Under the pieces are notes generated by a model that searched no databases, was not told the origin of the DNA, and was given only the letters and a program-made list of their open reading frames with translations. Position numbers and translations under genes: made by a program. DNA of 64,000 bases from Gammaproteobacteria bacterium. GTDB lineage: Bacteria; Pseudomonadota; Gammaproteobacteria; UBA4575. Of the stretch, positions 38,966 to 49,437 are shown one piece after another; the first letter of the stretch is position 1; each line of letters starts with the position of its first letter. Where the stretch lies: the NCBI GenBank assembly GCA_965243395.1, contig CBDEUS010000002.1:672001-736000 (forward strand), written 5' to 3'.

Positions 38966-41092
38966 ATGGTGGCTGAAACCACTGCGGTGGAGATGCCAAC
39001 TGAGGCTGCTGCGTCACTTTTAGATGCAGGGTCTTTGCCTTTTGCCGTTGTATTATTGCGCGCTAATGACGGCACGGTCGCCTATGCCAATAACCTGATG
39101 AGTATGATACTTCGTATCGGTTTAGATGAGCTAATCGGAAAAACTATCCCGGGGTTATACGAGGATAGTGTACAAAGATCTAAAACAGTTGAGTTATTAA
39201 AGAGAAGTTCTTTTTTCCCTCCTAAGCAAATAGAAATTAAAAATTTTGAGAACAAAGATCTTAAAATCATCACTGCCATTTCATTAATAAAGTTTCAAAA
39301 TGAACTTTGTATTTTTGTTGCGTTTCAAGCACCTCAAGAAGAAACCGGAAATGTAAAACGTCTACGCATTGCGATAGAGCGTCATAACATGGCTCTACGC
39401 GCTGCCAAAGTAGGTATTTGGAGTTGGGATTTAATGTCAAATCGCATAGCATGGGATGACAACATGCATGACCTGTTTGGAATTGACCCTGGAAGTTTTA
39501 CTGGTAAGAACCGTGAATTTTTAAATTATATGTTGCCTGAAGATCGTCAAGAGCAAATTGAAATAGGCAAAAAGTTTTATCAAGATGGTGGCACGTTTGA
39601 TACTAAATTTAGAATAATGCGCCCGGACGGCGAGACACGTGTGATTATTAATCGCGGTGAAGCCACTAAAAATAGTCAAGGAATTGTTACAAATGTAGTT
39701 GGCGTTTGTTGGGATGTTACAGAAAACTTTGCCTTAAATGCAAAAATTGAACATCAAGCATTACATGATCCTCTCACAGGATTACTGAATAGATTTGAAA
39801 TGCAGAAAAGGTTAGAGAACTTAATTGGGTCTTTAGGCACTGAGCCCACTGAGAATACATTCTGCTATTTTTCCTTAGATCGTTTTAAAGTTGTGAATGA
39901 TACTTGTGGACACGAAGCAGGAGATGAATTACTAAGACAAATCGCTGAACACTTAAAACCTTATATTACAGAAAAGGATACTTTTGCACGCATGGGTGGC
40001 GATGAATTTGCGTTAATCATGACTGATTGTTCAGGTGATGAAGCAAGAAAAGTCGCAGACACGCTATTACAAGCCATTCAAAATTTTCATTTTGAATGGT
40101 CAGGTAAAGTATTTGATATCAGCTTAAGTATGGCATTAGTACCCATTTCAGCAGAAAAAAGTGTTAGTGAGATCCTTGGTACCGCAGATGTTTCTTTATC
40201 TGCAGCAAAAGATGGAGGAAGAGGTCGAATTCATGAGTACCGACCGCATGATTCAACAGTAATCCGACGACATGATGAAATGCATTGGGTATTACAATTG
40301 GAAGACGCATTACGCTCGGATCGTTTTCAGTTAAATTTTCAACCCATAGAACCTTTACAGGATGAATCTGAAGAAGGATTGCATTACGAAGTATTATTAA
40401 GAGTGCTAGATGATGCGGGTGAGGTAATGTCGCCACAAGAACTTCTGAATGCCGCCGAACAATTTGACATGGCGACTCGTGTAGATAGCTGGGTAGTCAA
40501 TGCATTGTTTGATTGGTTAAAGAAGCATCCCGATCATGTTAAAAAACTGAACCTTTGTTCTATCAATCTTTCAGGTGCATCAATTAGTGATATAAATTTT
40601 TTAACTTTCTTAAAAGAAAAGCTTCAGGATCCAGATATACCAGTAACCAAGCTTAGCTTTGAAGTCACTGAAAATGCGGCTATTAAAAATATCTCTAAAG
40701 CACGAGATTTTATTAATACAATCAAAGAATTTGGCTGCAAGTTTGCATTGGATGACTTTGGTAGTGGGCATTCGTCATTCGCTTATTTGAAAGATTTGCC
40801 AGTAGATATACTAAAAATTGATGGCATGTTTGTTAGAGGAATACATTTAGAGCCTGTCAACTATGCGATGGTTAAAGCTATTAATGATGTGGGGCAAGTC
40901 ATGAATATGAAAACTATTGCAGAATATGTAGAGAACGAAGAAATCTGTAAAGAACTTAAAGAAATTGGTGTTGACTATGGCCAAGGTTATTACTTTGGCA
41001 AATCTGAAAAACTAGAAGAAGTCATCGTAGTTAATTCAATGATTGCGGAACCGGATGATTCAAGGATTGCGGAACCGGAAGATACGCATTAA
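38966..41092 (+). CDS. PAS-PAS-GGDEF-EAL c-di-GMP signalling protein
   Basis: PAS/PAC (GIWSWD, RPDGE), HDPLTGL, GGDEF, EVLLR, DDFGSG and QGYYFGK. Confidence 0.92.
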   Translation: MVAETTAVEMPTEAAASLLDAGSLPFAVVLLRANDGTVAYANNLMSMILRIGLDELIGKTIPGLYEDSVQRSKTVELLKRSSFFPPKQIEIKNFENKDLKIITAISLIKFQNELCIFVAFQAPQEETGNVKRLRIAIERHNMALRAAKVGIWSWDLMSNRIAWDDNMHDLFGIDPGSFTGKNREFLNYMLPEDRQEQIEIGKKFYQDGGTFDTKFRIMRPDGETRVIINRGEATKNSQGIVTNVVGVCWDVTENFALNAKIEHQALHDPLTGLLNRFEMQKRLENLIGSLGTEPTENTFCYFSLDRFKVVNDTCGHEAGDELLRQIAEHLKPYITEKDTFARMGGDEFALIMTDCSGDEARKVADTLLQAIQNFHFEWSGKVFDISLSMALVPISAEKSVSEILGTADVSLSAAKDGGRGRIHEYRPHDSTVIRRHDEMHWVLQLEDALRSDRFQLNFQPIEPLQDESEEGLHYEVLLRVLDDAGEVMSPQELLNAAEQFDMATRVDSWVVNALFDWLKKHPDHVKKLNLCSINLSGASISDINFLTFLKEKLQDPDIPVTKLSFEVTENAAIKNISKARDFINTIKEFGCKFALDDFGSGHSSFAYLKDLPVDILKIDGMFVRGIHLEPVNYAMVKAINDVGQVMNMKTIAEYVENEEICKELKEIGVDYGQGYYFGKSEKLEEVIVVNSMIAEPDDSRIAEPEDTH
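41041..41079 (+). repeat. 15-bp direct repeat with 24-bp period at the gene's 3' end
   Basis: GATTGCGGAACCGGA at 41041 and 41065, encoding IAEP twice. Confidence 0.8.
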
Positions 41093-41171
41093 GCACATAC
41101 TATACATTTCTTAATAATTTTTTCTGATTCTGCTATGGTTTTAAAACCATTCCAGCAGATTAGGATTAATT

Positions 41172-41741
41172 TTGAAATTTTGTAGTAGTTGTGGCTCTTC
41201 TGAAATCACTTTAAAAATTCCTGAAGGTGATAACCGTCCACGCTTTGTGTGTCCTGTCTGTGATGAAATTTTTTATCACAATCCAAAAATAGTAGCGGGC
41301 TGTATTGCAGAGTGGCAAGACAAAATTCTCATGTGCAAACGTGCTATTGAACCTCGGCATGGTAAATGGACCTTGCCGGCAGGATTTATGGAAAATCAAG
41401 AAACCATGCATGAAGCCGCGGCAAGAGAAACTCAAGAAGAGGCTACTGCTGAAGTGGTTAATTTAAGTTTATACACTATGTATAACTTGCCGCATATTAA
41501 TCAAGTATATGTGATGTTTCGTGGAGATTTAGTAGAAGGAAAAGCAAGTCCAGGTGCTGAAAGTTTAGAAGTTTCACTTATGACCGAAAATGATATCCCA
41601 TGGGACGAAATTGCGTTTCCAGTAATCAAAGAAAGTCTTGAGTTATATTTTGAAGATAAGCGAAGTAATTCAAATTTTAAATTGCGGTATGGAGATATGT
41701 TGAGGTTGTCAGGTAAAAAATTTGAAATAAAAAGATATTAA
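41172..41741 (+). CDS. NUDIX hydrolase with N-terminal zinc ribbon
   Basis: CSSCG…CPVC and the GFMENQETMHEAAARETQEE Nudix box. Confidence 0.9.
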   Translation: MKFCSSCGSSEITLKIPEGDNRPRFVCPVCDEIFYHNPKIVAGCIAEWQDKILMCKRAIEPRHGKWTLPAGFMENQETMHEAAARETQEEATAEVVNLSLYTMYNLPHINQVYVMFRGDLVEGKASPGAESLEVSLMTENDIPWDEIAFPVIKESLELYFEDKRSNSNFKLRYGDMLRLSGKKFEIKRY

Positions 41742-42121
41742 TGCCTGATACTAAAATTTTACTTTCGATAATCGAATTAGGTGGGTATCCAGATTTAACT
41801 GCTGTATACAAAAAACATGGCTATGAACCTATTGTCGTGTATAGCATGCGCAAAGCGCTAGGTGCATTAAAGAAAATAAAACCGTCCATTATCGTGGCGG
41901 AATTTAACTACCAATCTGACTTCAGAGACCGCACAAGCACACTGGAATCCTTGATAGCAGTTGCGCAGCGTAATGTAGCAATGAAGGTCATCGTATTCTA
42001 TGAAAAAGAATATGCTCATCAATTTGAAAAACTGAAAGCGCGTTATAACTTTTTTGCTGCTTTCTCCTATCCGATAGAGGAAGCACAAATTGATAAAGTA
42101 CTTTTTGATTTGAACACTTAG
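41741..42121 (+). CDS. Atypical receiver-like (CheY-fold) single-domain protein
   Basis: Alternating beta/alpha pattern, KPSIIVAEF at the phosphoacceptor position, and the YP turn. Confidence 0.55.
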   Translation: MPDTKILLSIIELGGYPDLTAVYKKHGYEPIVVYSMRKALGALKKIKPSIIVAEFNYQSDFRDRTSTLESLIAVAQRNVAMKVIVFYEKEYAHQFEKLKARYNFFAAFSYPIEEAQIDKVLFDLNT

Positions 42122-42439
42122 CTATTTTGCCTTGGAACCTCCAAGGCAAGGTGGGGATTTCCGTATTTCACCATTTTTTTCCTGCCACTCAGTTGGGGTG
42201 AGTGTATGTAAAGATAAGGCATGAACTGGGCCACTTAATTCTTCTTTTAATAACTGGTTCAGCATGCGATGTCGTGCCACAAGCATCTTATTATCAAATT
42301 CGCTTGTAACAACTGTCACTTTAAAATGCGACTCTGAGCCAGGCGGCACATTATGCATATGGCTTTCGTTTGCTACTTCTAAATAATCAGGTTTTAAAGC
42401 CTGAGTAATTTTTTCTTCGATGTTTGCTTGTATGGTCAT
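42122..42439 (-). CDS. bolA: BolA family protein
   Basis: NESHMHNVPPGSESHFKV, RHR and VHALSLHT. Confidence 0.93.
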   Translation of the reverse strand: MTIQANIEEKITQALKPDYLEVANESHMHNVPPGSESHFKVTVVTSEFDNKMLVARHRMLNQLLKEELSGPVHALSLHTLTPTEWQEKNGEIRKSPPCLGGSKAK

Positions 42440-42483
42440 ATAACAGTATGGCTAAAAGTTTGAGTCTAAATAAATAATATACA

Positions 42484-43281
42484 CTAGTTTATAGAAAAAA
42501 ATTCCTTTGCAGTTAGAGTGGTCTCTTCGGCAGTTTGTTCAATACTTGTATTGCGGCAATTTGCCACAGTTTTCAATATATGTGGGAGAAATGCGGGTTC
42601 ATTGCGTCTGCCATCGGGTTTGGGATATTCGTCTTTGGGTAGGTTTCTGGGTAAAAGATAAGGGGAATCAGTTTCAATCATAAGTCTGTTTGCGGGGATT
42701 TTTTTTACTGATTCATGTAAGTGTAGGCCACGGCGTTCATCACATATCCAACCTGTGACTCCAATGTGACAGTCTAAATCCAAATAAGTCTCAAGTTCTT
42801 CGTTGGTGCCGGTAAAGCAATGAACAACTACCTTGTTTAAGTGTTTTCTGTGTTCAGAAAGAATTTTTACAAAATCTTCATGTGCGTCACGTTCATGAAG
42901 AAAAATTGGCATATTAAGCTCAGCAGCAAGCTCCAACTGTGCTTTAAAAGTAATTTTCTGTTGCTCTGGGGGAGAGTAGTTACGATTAAAATCTAAACCT
43001 GCTTCACCAATGGCAACCACATTATTATTTTTTGCGAGAGTTTTTAATTGATCGTAGCTATCGTCTTGCCAGTTTTTAGCCAGATGAGGGTGTACACCTG
43101 CTGTTGACACCATACCTTTATATTCTAATGAAAGCTTTAAAGCATATTCACTTTCATCTACATCGGAGCCTGTTAAAACAAAATAATTTACGCCTGCTTG
43201 ATTAGCGCGTTTAACTACCTCATCTGCATCTTTGCGAAACGCACTGCTGGTAAAATTAAAACCAATGTCAACCAGTTCCAT
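42484..43281 (-). CDS. tatD: TatD family nuclease
   Basis: DIGFN, GVHPH, GEAGLDFNR, FLHERDAH, VHCFTG and ETDSPYL. Confidence 0.93.
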   Translation of the reverse strand: MELVDIGFNFTSSAFRKDADEVVKRANQAGVNYFVLTGSDVDESEYALKLSLEYKGMVSTAGVHPHLAKNWQDDSYDQLKTLAKNNNVVAIGEAGLDFNRNYSPPEQQKITFKAQLELAAELNMPIFLHERDAHEDFVKILSEHRKHLNKVVVHCFTGTNEELETYLDLDCHIGVTGWICDERRGLHLHESVKKIPANRLMIETDSPYLLPRNLPKDEYPKPDGRRNEPAFLPHILKTVANCRNTSIEQTAEETTLTAKEFFSIN

Positions 43282-43292
43282 AAAATATATAT

Positions 43293-44123
43293 TTACGCTA
43301 AGTGTGCGCAGTTTTCACAATATTCACCTTCTTCATCAGATAAAACAATCTGACAATGTCGGCAAAGACGTGTAAACGTTGGCTGTAGATTTGCGTCAAG
43401 ACACACACGATCATCAAATACAAAGCACTCACCATGCCAATGTTGATTTTGATATTTTTCTAAGTATTTAATTATTCCACCTTCAAGCTGGTACACCTCT
43501 TTAAATCCATATGTAGCAAGTATTGGCGCACCTTTTTCACAACGAATCCCTCCTGTGCAAAAAGTAACAACAGGTTTGTCTTTTGGAAGTTGATTGATTT
43601 TTTCTTGTAGGCCCACGATATCTCGAAAATTTCTCATCCCTAAATTTTTTGAATGGTTAAAACTACCCAAGTCTATTTCAAAGGTATTTCTCATATCGAG
43701 CAGGGTAATATCTTTGCCTTCATCCAGCCATTCTTTAAAGTCATCGATTGATATATGCTGAGCTTTATTTTCATGATTAATATCGTTGCATGGCTCATCA
43801 GGTATCTCATCAAATCCTAATGGCCGAGTTGGAACCAGTTCTTTTCTGACTTTTATAAGCAGCCGTTTAAAGGGAATGTTTTCAGAGAAAGAAGTGTTGA
43901 GCAATAAATCTTTTACACCACATTGCTTATTCAGTTCCCGCAAAAAATAATCAATATCGCTTTGAGTGCTTGCAATTCCGAGATTAATACCTTCAGAACT
44001 GATAAAAATATTACCTTTTATATGCGTCTGGCTACAAATAGACTGAGTATGCTCAAATACTTCGGCCGTATCGTCAATTGCAGTGTATTTATAGCCCGCA
44101 ATATTAGTAATTTGTTGAGACAT
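43293..44123 (-). CDS. TrhO/YceA-like rhodanese-domain protein
   Basis: EGIN, LDMRNTFE..GSF, FCTGGIRCEK, LEGGI and CFVFDDR. ATG 44123 avoids overlap with pepN. Confidence 0.85.
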   Translation of the reverse strand: MSQQITNIAGYKYTAIDDTAEVFEHTQSICSQTHIKGNIFISSEGINLGIASTQSDIDYFLRELNKQCGVKDLLLNTSFSENIPFKRLLIKVRKELVPTRPLGFDEIPDEPCNDINHENKAQHISIDDFKEWLDEGKDITLLDMRNTFEIDLGSFNHSKNLGMRNFRDIVGLQEKINQLPKDKPVVTFCTGGIRCEKGAPILATYGFKEVYQLEGGIIKYLEKYQNQHWHGECFVFDDRVCLDANLQPTFTRLCRHCQIVLSDEEGEYCENCAHLA

Positions 44124-44180
44124 AAAACCAAATAAAACAGTACTTAACAAAGATAACAATAATGAGTTAGGGTAGTCATT

Positions 44181-46790
44181 ATGAAAGAAGGACAACCACA
44201 AGCGGTATATCTAAAAGACTATACACCACCGAATTATCTCATTGATGAAGTTGAATTGGACTTTTTACTTGGTGAGGAGATTACAAAAGTCATCTCGCAT
44301 TTACAATTGCGTCGTAATCCTGATTATTTGGGTAATGATGAAACTTTAGAACTACACGGTGAAGAGCTTGAGCTCAAATCAGTCGAGCTTGAGGGAAAAC
44401 AATTAAATCCTCAACAATATATTCAGTCAGACGAGACTTTATTAATTCCAAATGCACCCCAACATTTTTCTCTTAAAATTGAAACCCATATCACGCCTCA
44501 GACTAATACTTCTCTAGAGGGTTTATATAAATCCAGCGGGAATTTTTGTACCCAGTGTGAAGCCGAGGGTTTTCGTAAAATTACTTATTTTTTAGATCGG
44601 CCAGATGTAATGTCTAAATACACTGTGCGTATTCAGGCAGACAAATCACGTTACCCGGTTTTATTGTCCAATGGCAATCTAAAAGAACAGGGAGAATTAG
44701 AAGCTGGACAGCATTTTGCTATTTGGCAAGACCCTTTTCCCAAGCCGAGTTATTTATTTGCTCTCGTGGCGGGTAACTTAGTGTACTTAGAAGGCATGCA
44801 TCGTACTGCATCGGGTAAAGAAATTGTATTGCGAATTTATTCAGAAAAACACAATGCTGATAAATGTGAACATGCTTTGCAATCTTTGAAAAAAGCCATG
44901 CAATGGGATGAAGACCGTTTTGGTTTGGAGTGTGATTTAGATATTTACATGATTGTTGCGGTCGATGATTTCAATATGGGCGCAATGGAGAATAAAGGCT
45001 TAAATATTTTTAATTCCAGTTGTGTGTTAGCCACATCAAAAACCGCAACTGATAACGAATTCATGCATATTGAGGCCGTCGTTGCACACGAATATTTTCA
45101 TAACTGGACAGGTAATCGAGTCACATGCAGGGATTGGTTTCAATTAAGTTTGAAAGAAGGTTTAACGGTTTTTCGTGACCAAGAATTTACTTCCGACGTC
45201 ACTTCCCGTGCAGTGAAAAGAATTAGTGATGTCCGCGCATTACGAGCTTATCAGTTTGCAGAAGATGCGAGTCCTATGGCACATCCAGTACGCCCTGCAT
45301 CTTTTATGGAAATCAATAATTTCTACACCCTGACGGTATATGAAAAAGGCGCTGAAATCGTACGCATGTATCAAATGATGTTTGGTGTCGAAGGCTTTCG
45401 CAAAGGCATGGATTTATATTTTGAGCGCCATGATGGTCAAGCTGTAACGACTGATGATTTTGCCGCAGCAATGGCAGATGCAAATGGTGCAGATTTAGAC
45501 CAATTTAAACTCTGGTATGAGCAGGCGGGTACACCGGTAGTAACAGTAGAAGATCAGTGGGATGCAGTAACAGATACATACTCTTTAAAATGTACTCAAA
45601 CCTGCCCACCTACACCTGAAAGCACAGATAAACAACCATTTGTGATTCCTTTAAAAACATCAGTATTAGATGAAAAGGGAGAAGTGCTTGTAGATGCACA
45701 AGTTTTGAATTTACATCAACGTCAACAATCTTTTGAATTTAAAAATATAGTAAGCAAACCTATTCCTGATTTATTGCAGGAGTTTTCAGCTCCTGTGCAA
45801 TTGCAATATTTATATACAGACGAACAATTAGCCTTTTTGTTAAAACATTCTAATGATGCATTTAATCGTTGGGATGCTGGTAATAGACTGGCTTTAAACG
45901 TATTACAAGAAGATGTTTCTGAGCAAAAAAATACTGGTGGATCACATTCGCTTGCTACATTAAAAGATGCGTTAAAGCATGCTTTACAACTACAAGCAAC
46001 CGAAGCTAGTTTACTCGCCGAACTATTAATATTACCGAATGAAAAAGATTTAGAAGAACGCCTTGAAAAAATTGATATGCGAATATGTGTGTTGGCAAGT
46101 GAAAGCTTGCAAAAGGATATAGCCGAGCATTTAGAAGCTGATCTCTTAAAAACTTATCACGCCTTTAGTAAAAATGTTGCTTATCAATATAATGCTGAAG
46201 AGATGGCGCGCCGAAAATTGCAAAATATTTGTTTGCAGCTATTAAACACTTTAGATAACTCTGAGTACAAAATTCTCGCACTTGAGCAATATAAACGTGC
46301 GAGTAATATGACTGAACAAGTGGGCGCCATAAATGCCTTAATTCATTTTGAATCTGATCAGCGAGAACAGGCATTAACTGCTTTTGAAAAACAATGGCAA
46401 CATGATGGGTTAGTAATGGATAAATGGCTGGCTTTCCAGGCACGCTCGAAAGTACCTGGTGCACTTGATAATGTTAAAGCGCTTATGCAGCATTCTGTTT
46501 TCAAAATTACAAACCCAAATAAAGTCAGGGCTCTTATCGGCGCTTTCGCTGGACAAAATGCTTATCATTTTCATAACCCAGATGGCAGTGGTTATGAATT
46601 TATTGCGCAACAAGTGATTGCATTAAATGAAATAAATCCGCAAGTAGCTTCACGTTTGGTGAGAACTTTAATGCGCTGGGAAAGTTATCTTGACCCATGT
46701 GGCGAAAAAATGCGTGGGCAATTAAAAATGATTGCTTCACATAGTAATCTTTCTAGGGATGTATACGAAATCGTCACAAAAAGTCTGTAA
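44181..46790 (+). CDS. pepN: Aminopeptidase N
   Basis: TQCEAEGFR, GAMENKGLN, HEYFH…E and NPNKVRALIGAF. Confidence 0.97.
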   Translation: MKEGQPQAVYLKDYTPPNYLIDEVELDFLLGEEITKVISHLQLRRNPDYLGNDETLELHGEELELKSVELEGKQLNPQQYIQSDETLLIPNAPQHFSLKIETHITPQTNTSLEGLYKSSGNFCTQCEAEGFRKITYFLDRPDVMSKYTVRIQADKSRYPVLLSNGNLKEQGELEAGQHFAIWQDPFPKPSYLFALVAGNLVYLEGMHRTASGKEIVLRIYSEKHNADKCEHALQSLKKAMQWDEDRFGLECDLDIYMIVAVDDFNMGAMENKGLNIFNSSCVLATSKTATDNEFMHIEAVVAHEYFHNWTGNRVTCRDWFQLSLKEGLTVFRDQEFTSDVTSRAVKRISDVRALRAYQFAEDASPMAHPVRPASFMEINNFYTLTVYEKGAEIVRMYQMMFGVEGFRKGMDLYFERHDGQAVTTDDFAAAMADANGADLDQFKLWYEQAGTPVVTVEDQWDAVTDTYSLKCTQTCPPTPESTDKQPFVIPLKTSVLDEKGEVLVDAQVLNLHQRQQSFEFKNIVSKPIPDLLQEFSAPVQLQYLYTDEQLAFLLKHSNDAFNRWDAGNRLALNVLQEDVSEQKNTGGSHSLATLKDALKHALQLQATEASLLAELLILPNEKDLEERLEKIDMRICVLASESLQKDIAEHLEADLLKTYHAFSKNVAYQYNAEEMARRKLQNICLQLLNTLDNSEYKILALEQYKRASNMTEQVGAINALIHFESDQREQALTAFEKQWQHDGLVMDKWLAFQARSKVPGALDNVKALMQHSVFKITNPNKVRALIGAFAGQNAYHFHNPDGSGYEFIAQQVIALNEINPQVASRLVRTLMRWESYLDPCGEKMRGQLKMIASHSNLSRDVYEIVTKSL

Positions 46791-46812
46791 ATAAAAATCT
46801 CATTATTGCCTA

Positions 46813-48333
46813 TTGACATCATCAACTGATCAATTTCGTTCTCACCGTGCGCTGGATGTATTAGAGCGTATTGGCAATCGTTTGCCTGATCCGGCTGCAT
46901 TATTTGTTATTGGTCTTTTTATTATCATGCTCCTATCACACATCGCTGTGTTATTGGATTGGTCGGTTACGAATTCTTCTACTAAGCAGGTGATTACTGC
47001 AAATAGCTTGTTAAGTAGTGCTGGAATATGGTGGTTGCTAAGTCACTTGGTCGAAAACTTTATTCAGTTTCCACCCTTAGGAATTGTACTGGTGGGTATG
47101 TTAGGAATTGGACTTGCCGATCGAAGCGGTTTATTGCCAACTGCATTGCAGATGGCGAGTATGCGCGTCAAAGGAGTGTGGTTGTCGCCAGCTATGATAT
47201 TCCTGGGCATTATGTCATCGGTGGCATTAGATGCAGGTTATGTAGTGTTACCTCCGATTGCTGCAGTATTATTCATTTTAGCTAATCGATCTCCTATAGC
47301 AGGTATAGCCGCGGCTTTTGCAGGAGTTTCGGCAGGGTTTGGGGCAAATCTTTTCATCACAAGTTTAGATCCAATGTTGGCGGGCTTTTCGCAGTCGGGA
47401 GCATCTTTAATCGATCAAAATTATCGCGTAGCAGTTACAGCTAATTGGTGGTTTATGATTGCGTCAACTGTGATGTTAACCGCAGTAGGTTGGTTTGTTA
47501 CTGAAAAGTTTGTAGAACCAAGATTTAGTGCTAGTAAAGAAATAGTTATTCCTAAGCGCATTAAGCAACAAACAGGGGTAAATCCAAAGGAAAAAACGGC
47601 AGTTTATTTTGCTTTGTTTAGTGTGTTGATCATTTTAGCGATAATAATAGCTTGTACGGTAATACCTGGGACGGCGCTTTATGGCCAAGGCAAATATTTC
47701 CCACGCTGGGTTGAAGTAACAGTACCTCTTTTATTTATTGTTTTTTTAGTACCAGGAATTATCTATGGTGTGCTGGCGGGAACAATAAAGTCTCATCGCG
47801 ATATAGCTAACATGATGGCCGACACACTTGCGTCAATGGGACCTTATATTGTTTTGGCTTTTTTTGCAGCGCAATTTATTGAAGCATTTAAGTATTCTCA
47901 TCTAGGTGAAATGTTAGCGATTGGGGGAGGTCAATGGTTAGCGGCTACAAATCTTAGTGTGTATTTTTTAATTGCTGTCTTTATATTAATTGTGATGTTC
48001 GGAAATCTCTTAATTGGTTCGATGTCTGCTAAGTATGCATTTTTTGCTCCCGTATTTGTTCCCATTTTTATGCAACTAGGTGTACGACCAGAACTTACCC
48101 AAGTTGCATATCGCATTGGGGATTCTGTTACCAATGTGATTACACCTTTGAACCCATATTTGGTTATTATTCTTGCTTTGTTGAAAGAGTATTATCCAAA
48201 GTCGGGTTTGGGCACATTAATAAGTATTATGCTTCCTTACACCATTGCATTTGCAATTGCGTGGATGTTGTTATTGTTTTTATGGATGATACTTGGAATC
48301 CCTCTGGGGCCTAACGGCTACCTTTTTTATTAA
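46813..48333 (+). CDS. AbgT family transporter
   Basis: ERIGNRLPDP, FAGVSAGF.AN and YRIGDSVTNVITPLNPY. Confidence 0.9.
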   Translation: MTSSTDQFRSHRALDVLERIGNRLPDPAALFVIGLFIIMLLSHIAVLLDWSVTNSSTKQVITANSLLSSAGIWWLLSHLVENFIQFPPLGIVLVGMLGIGLADRSGLLPTALQMASMRVKGVWLSPAMIFLGIMSSVALDAGYVVLPPIAAVLFILANRSPIAGIAAAFAGVSAGFGANLFITSLDPMLAGFSQSGASLIDQNYRVAVTANWWFMIASTVMLTAVGWFVTEKFVEPRFSASKEIVIPKRIKQQTGVNPKEKTAVYFALFSVLIILAIIIACTVIPGTALYGQGKYFPRWVEVTVPLLFIVFLVPGIIYGVLAGTIKSHRDIANMMADTLASMGPYIVLAFFAAQFIEAFKYSHLGEMLAIGGGQWLAATNLSVYFLIAVFILIVMFGNLLIGSMSAKYAFFAPVFVPIFMQLGVRPELTQVAYRIGDSVTNVITPLNPYLVIILALLKEYYPKSGLGTLISIMLPYTIAFAIAWMLLLFLWMILGIPLGPNGYLFY

Positions 48334-48341
48334 TTATTATC

Positions 48342-48758
48342 ATGCATGACAAAAATATAATTTCTGTATTCGAAAATGGCCCAATTCATATAAGGGGCGA
48401 TTTAGTACTTATCAATAGTGATGGCGATGTTATTGAAAAAACTGACGAATTATATTTATGCCGCTGTGGTAAATCGAATAACAAACCCTATTGTGATGGC
48501 GAGCATAAGAAAAATAATTTTTCGGAAGCTGGAAAATTTATTAAACCACCTGAGTCAGTAACGGATATTATTAATGAAGGTGTATTAGAAATTAAAGTTC
48601 AAGCAAACGGCCCTTTAATATTTAAAGGTACTGCTCTTATTCGAGATTGTGCAGAGAAAGAAATTTACCGAAAAGTAGGTGGACTATGTCGATGTGGGCA
48701 ATCTAATAACAGCCCTTTTTGTGATGGAACACATTCCAAAATAGAATTTGTAGCGTAA
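48342..48758 (+). CDS. Double CDGSH iron-sulfur domain protein
   Basis: CRCGKSNNKPYCDGEH and CRCGQSNNSPFCDGTH. Confidence 0.9.
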   Translation: MHDKNIISVFENGPIHIRGDLVLINSDGDVIEKTDELYLCRCGKSNNKPYCDGEHKKNNFSEAGKFIKPPESVTDIINEGVLEIKVQANGPLIFKGTALIRDCAEKEIYRKVGGLCRCGQSNNSPFCDGTHSKIEFVA

Positions 48759-48766
48759 TAGAGAAA

Positions 48767-49282
48767 TTAAAAGCCCTCGGTTGAGGTAAATAACCCTACT
48801 CGTAAATCTTTCGCCTTGTAAATTTCTTTATTGTCTACAGACATAATTCCGTCAGCAATTCCCATAACCGTACTTCTGCTAATTACTCTTTTAATATCGA
48901 GTCGATATTGTACGATTTTTGCAGTGGGTAGTACTTGACCCGTGAAACGGACTTCATTGACACCAAGTGCACGACCTTTTCCCGGATTACCTTGCCAGGC
49001 AATAAAAAAGCCTAATAGTTGCCACAAAGCATCTAAACCTAAACAGCCTGGCATAACAGGGTCCCCGGGGAAGTGGCAATCAAAAAACCATAAATCAGAT
49101 TTAATATCGAGCTCAGCCTCAATCATGCCTCGGTCATAACTTCCATTCTCATTTGAGATGTTAGTAATACGATCCATCATTAGCATGTTGGGCATGGGTA
49201 ATTGCGCATTACCCGGACCAAACATTTCACCTCTGCCACAAGCCAGTAGGTCTTCATAAGAAAAGGAATTTTTTTGCGTCAC
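48767..49282 (-). CDS. fabA: 3-hydroxyacyl-ACP dehydratase/isomerase
   Basis: [29 protein letters not shown] and GRALG. Confidence 0.96.
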   Translation of the reverse strand: MTQKNSFSYEDLLACGRGEMFGPGNAQLPMPNMLMMDRITNISNENGSYDRGMIEAELDIKSDLWFFDCHFPGDPVMPGCLGLDALWQLLGFFIAWQGNPGKGRALGVNEVRFTGQVLPTAKIVQYRLDIKRVISRSTVMGIADGIMSVDNKEIYKAKDLRVGLFTSTEGF

Positions 49283-49437
49283 AATGAATTGGTCTTGGTT
49301 AGCTGCATCCTTGCTGCAGTATGGTGGTGATATGCATTTATTGTTTGGAGTGTAGCAAAAGATTTTGATTATTACTTGTTATACACCAAGAATTTCAGCT
49401 TTAGCGATGTATATTGTGATGTTTTTTTCAATATATT

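Noticed and set aside
44124-44201. N-terminal extension of the TrhO-like ORF
   Set aside because: It would overlap the divergent pepN start; ATG 44123 fits the family N-terminus better.
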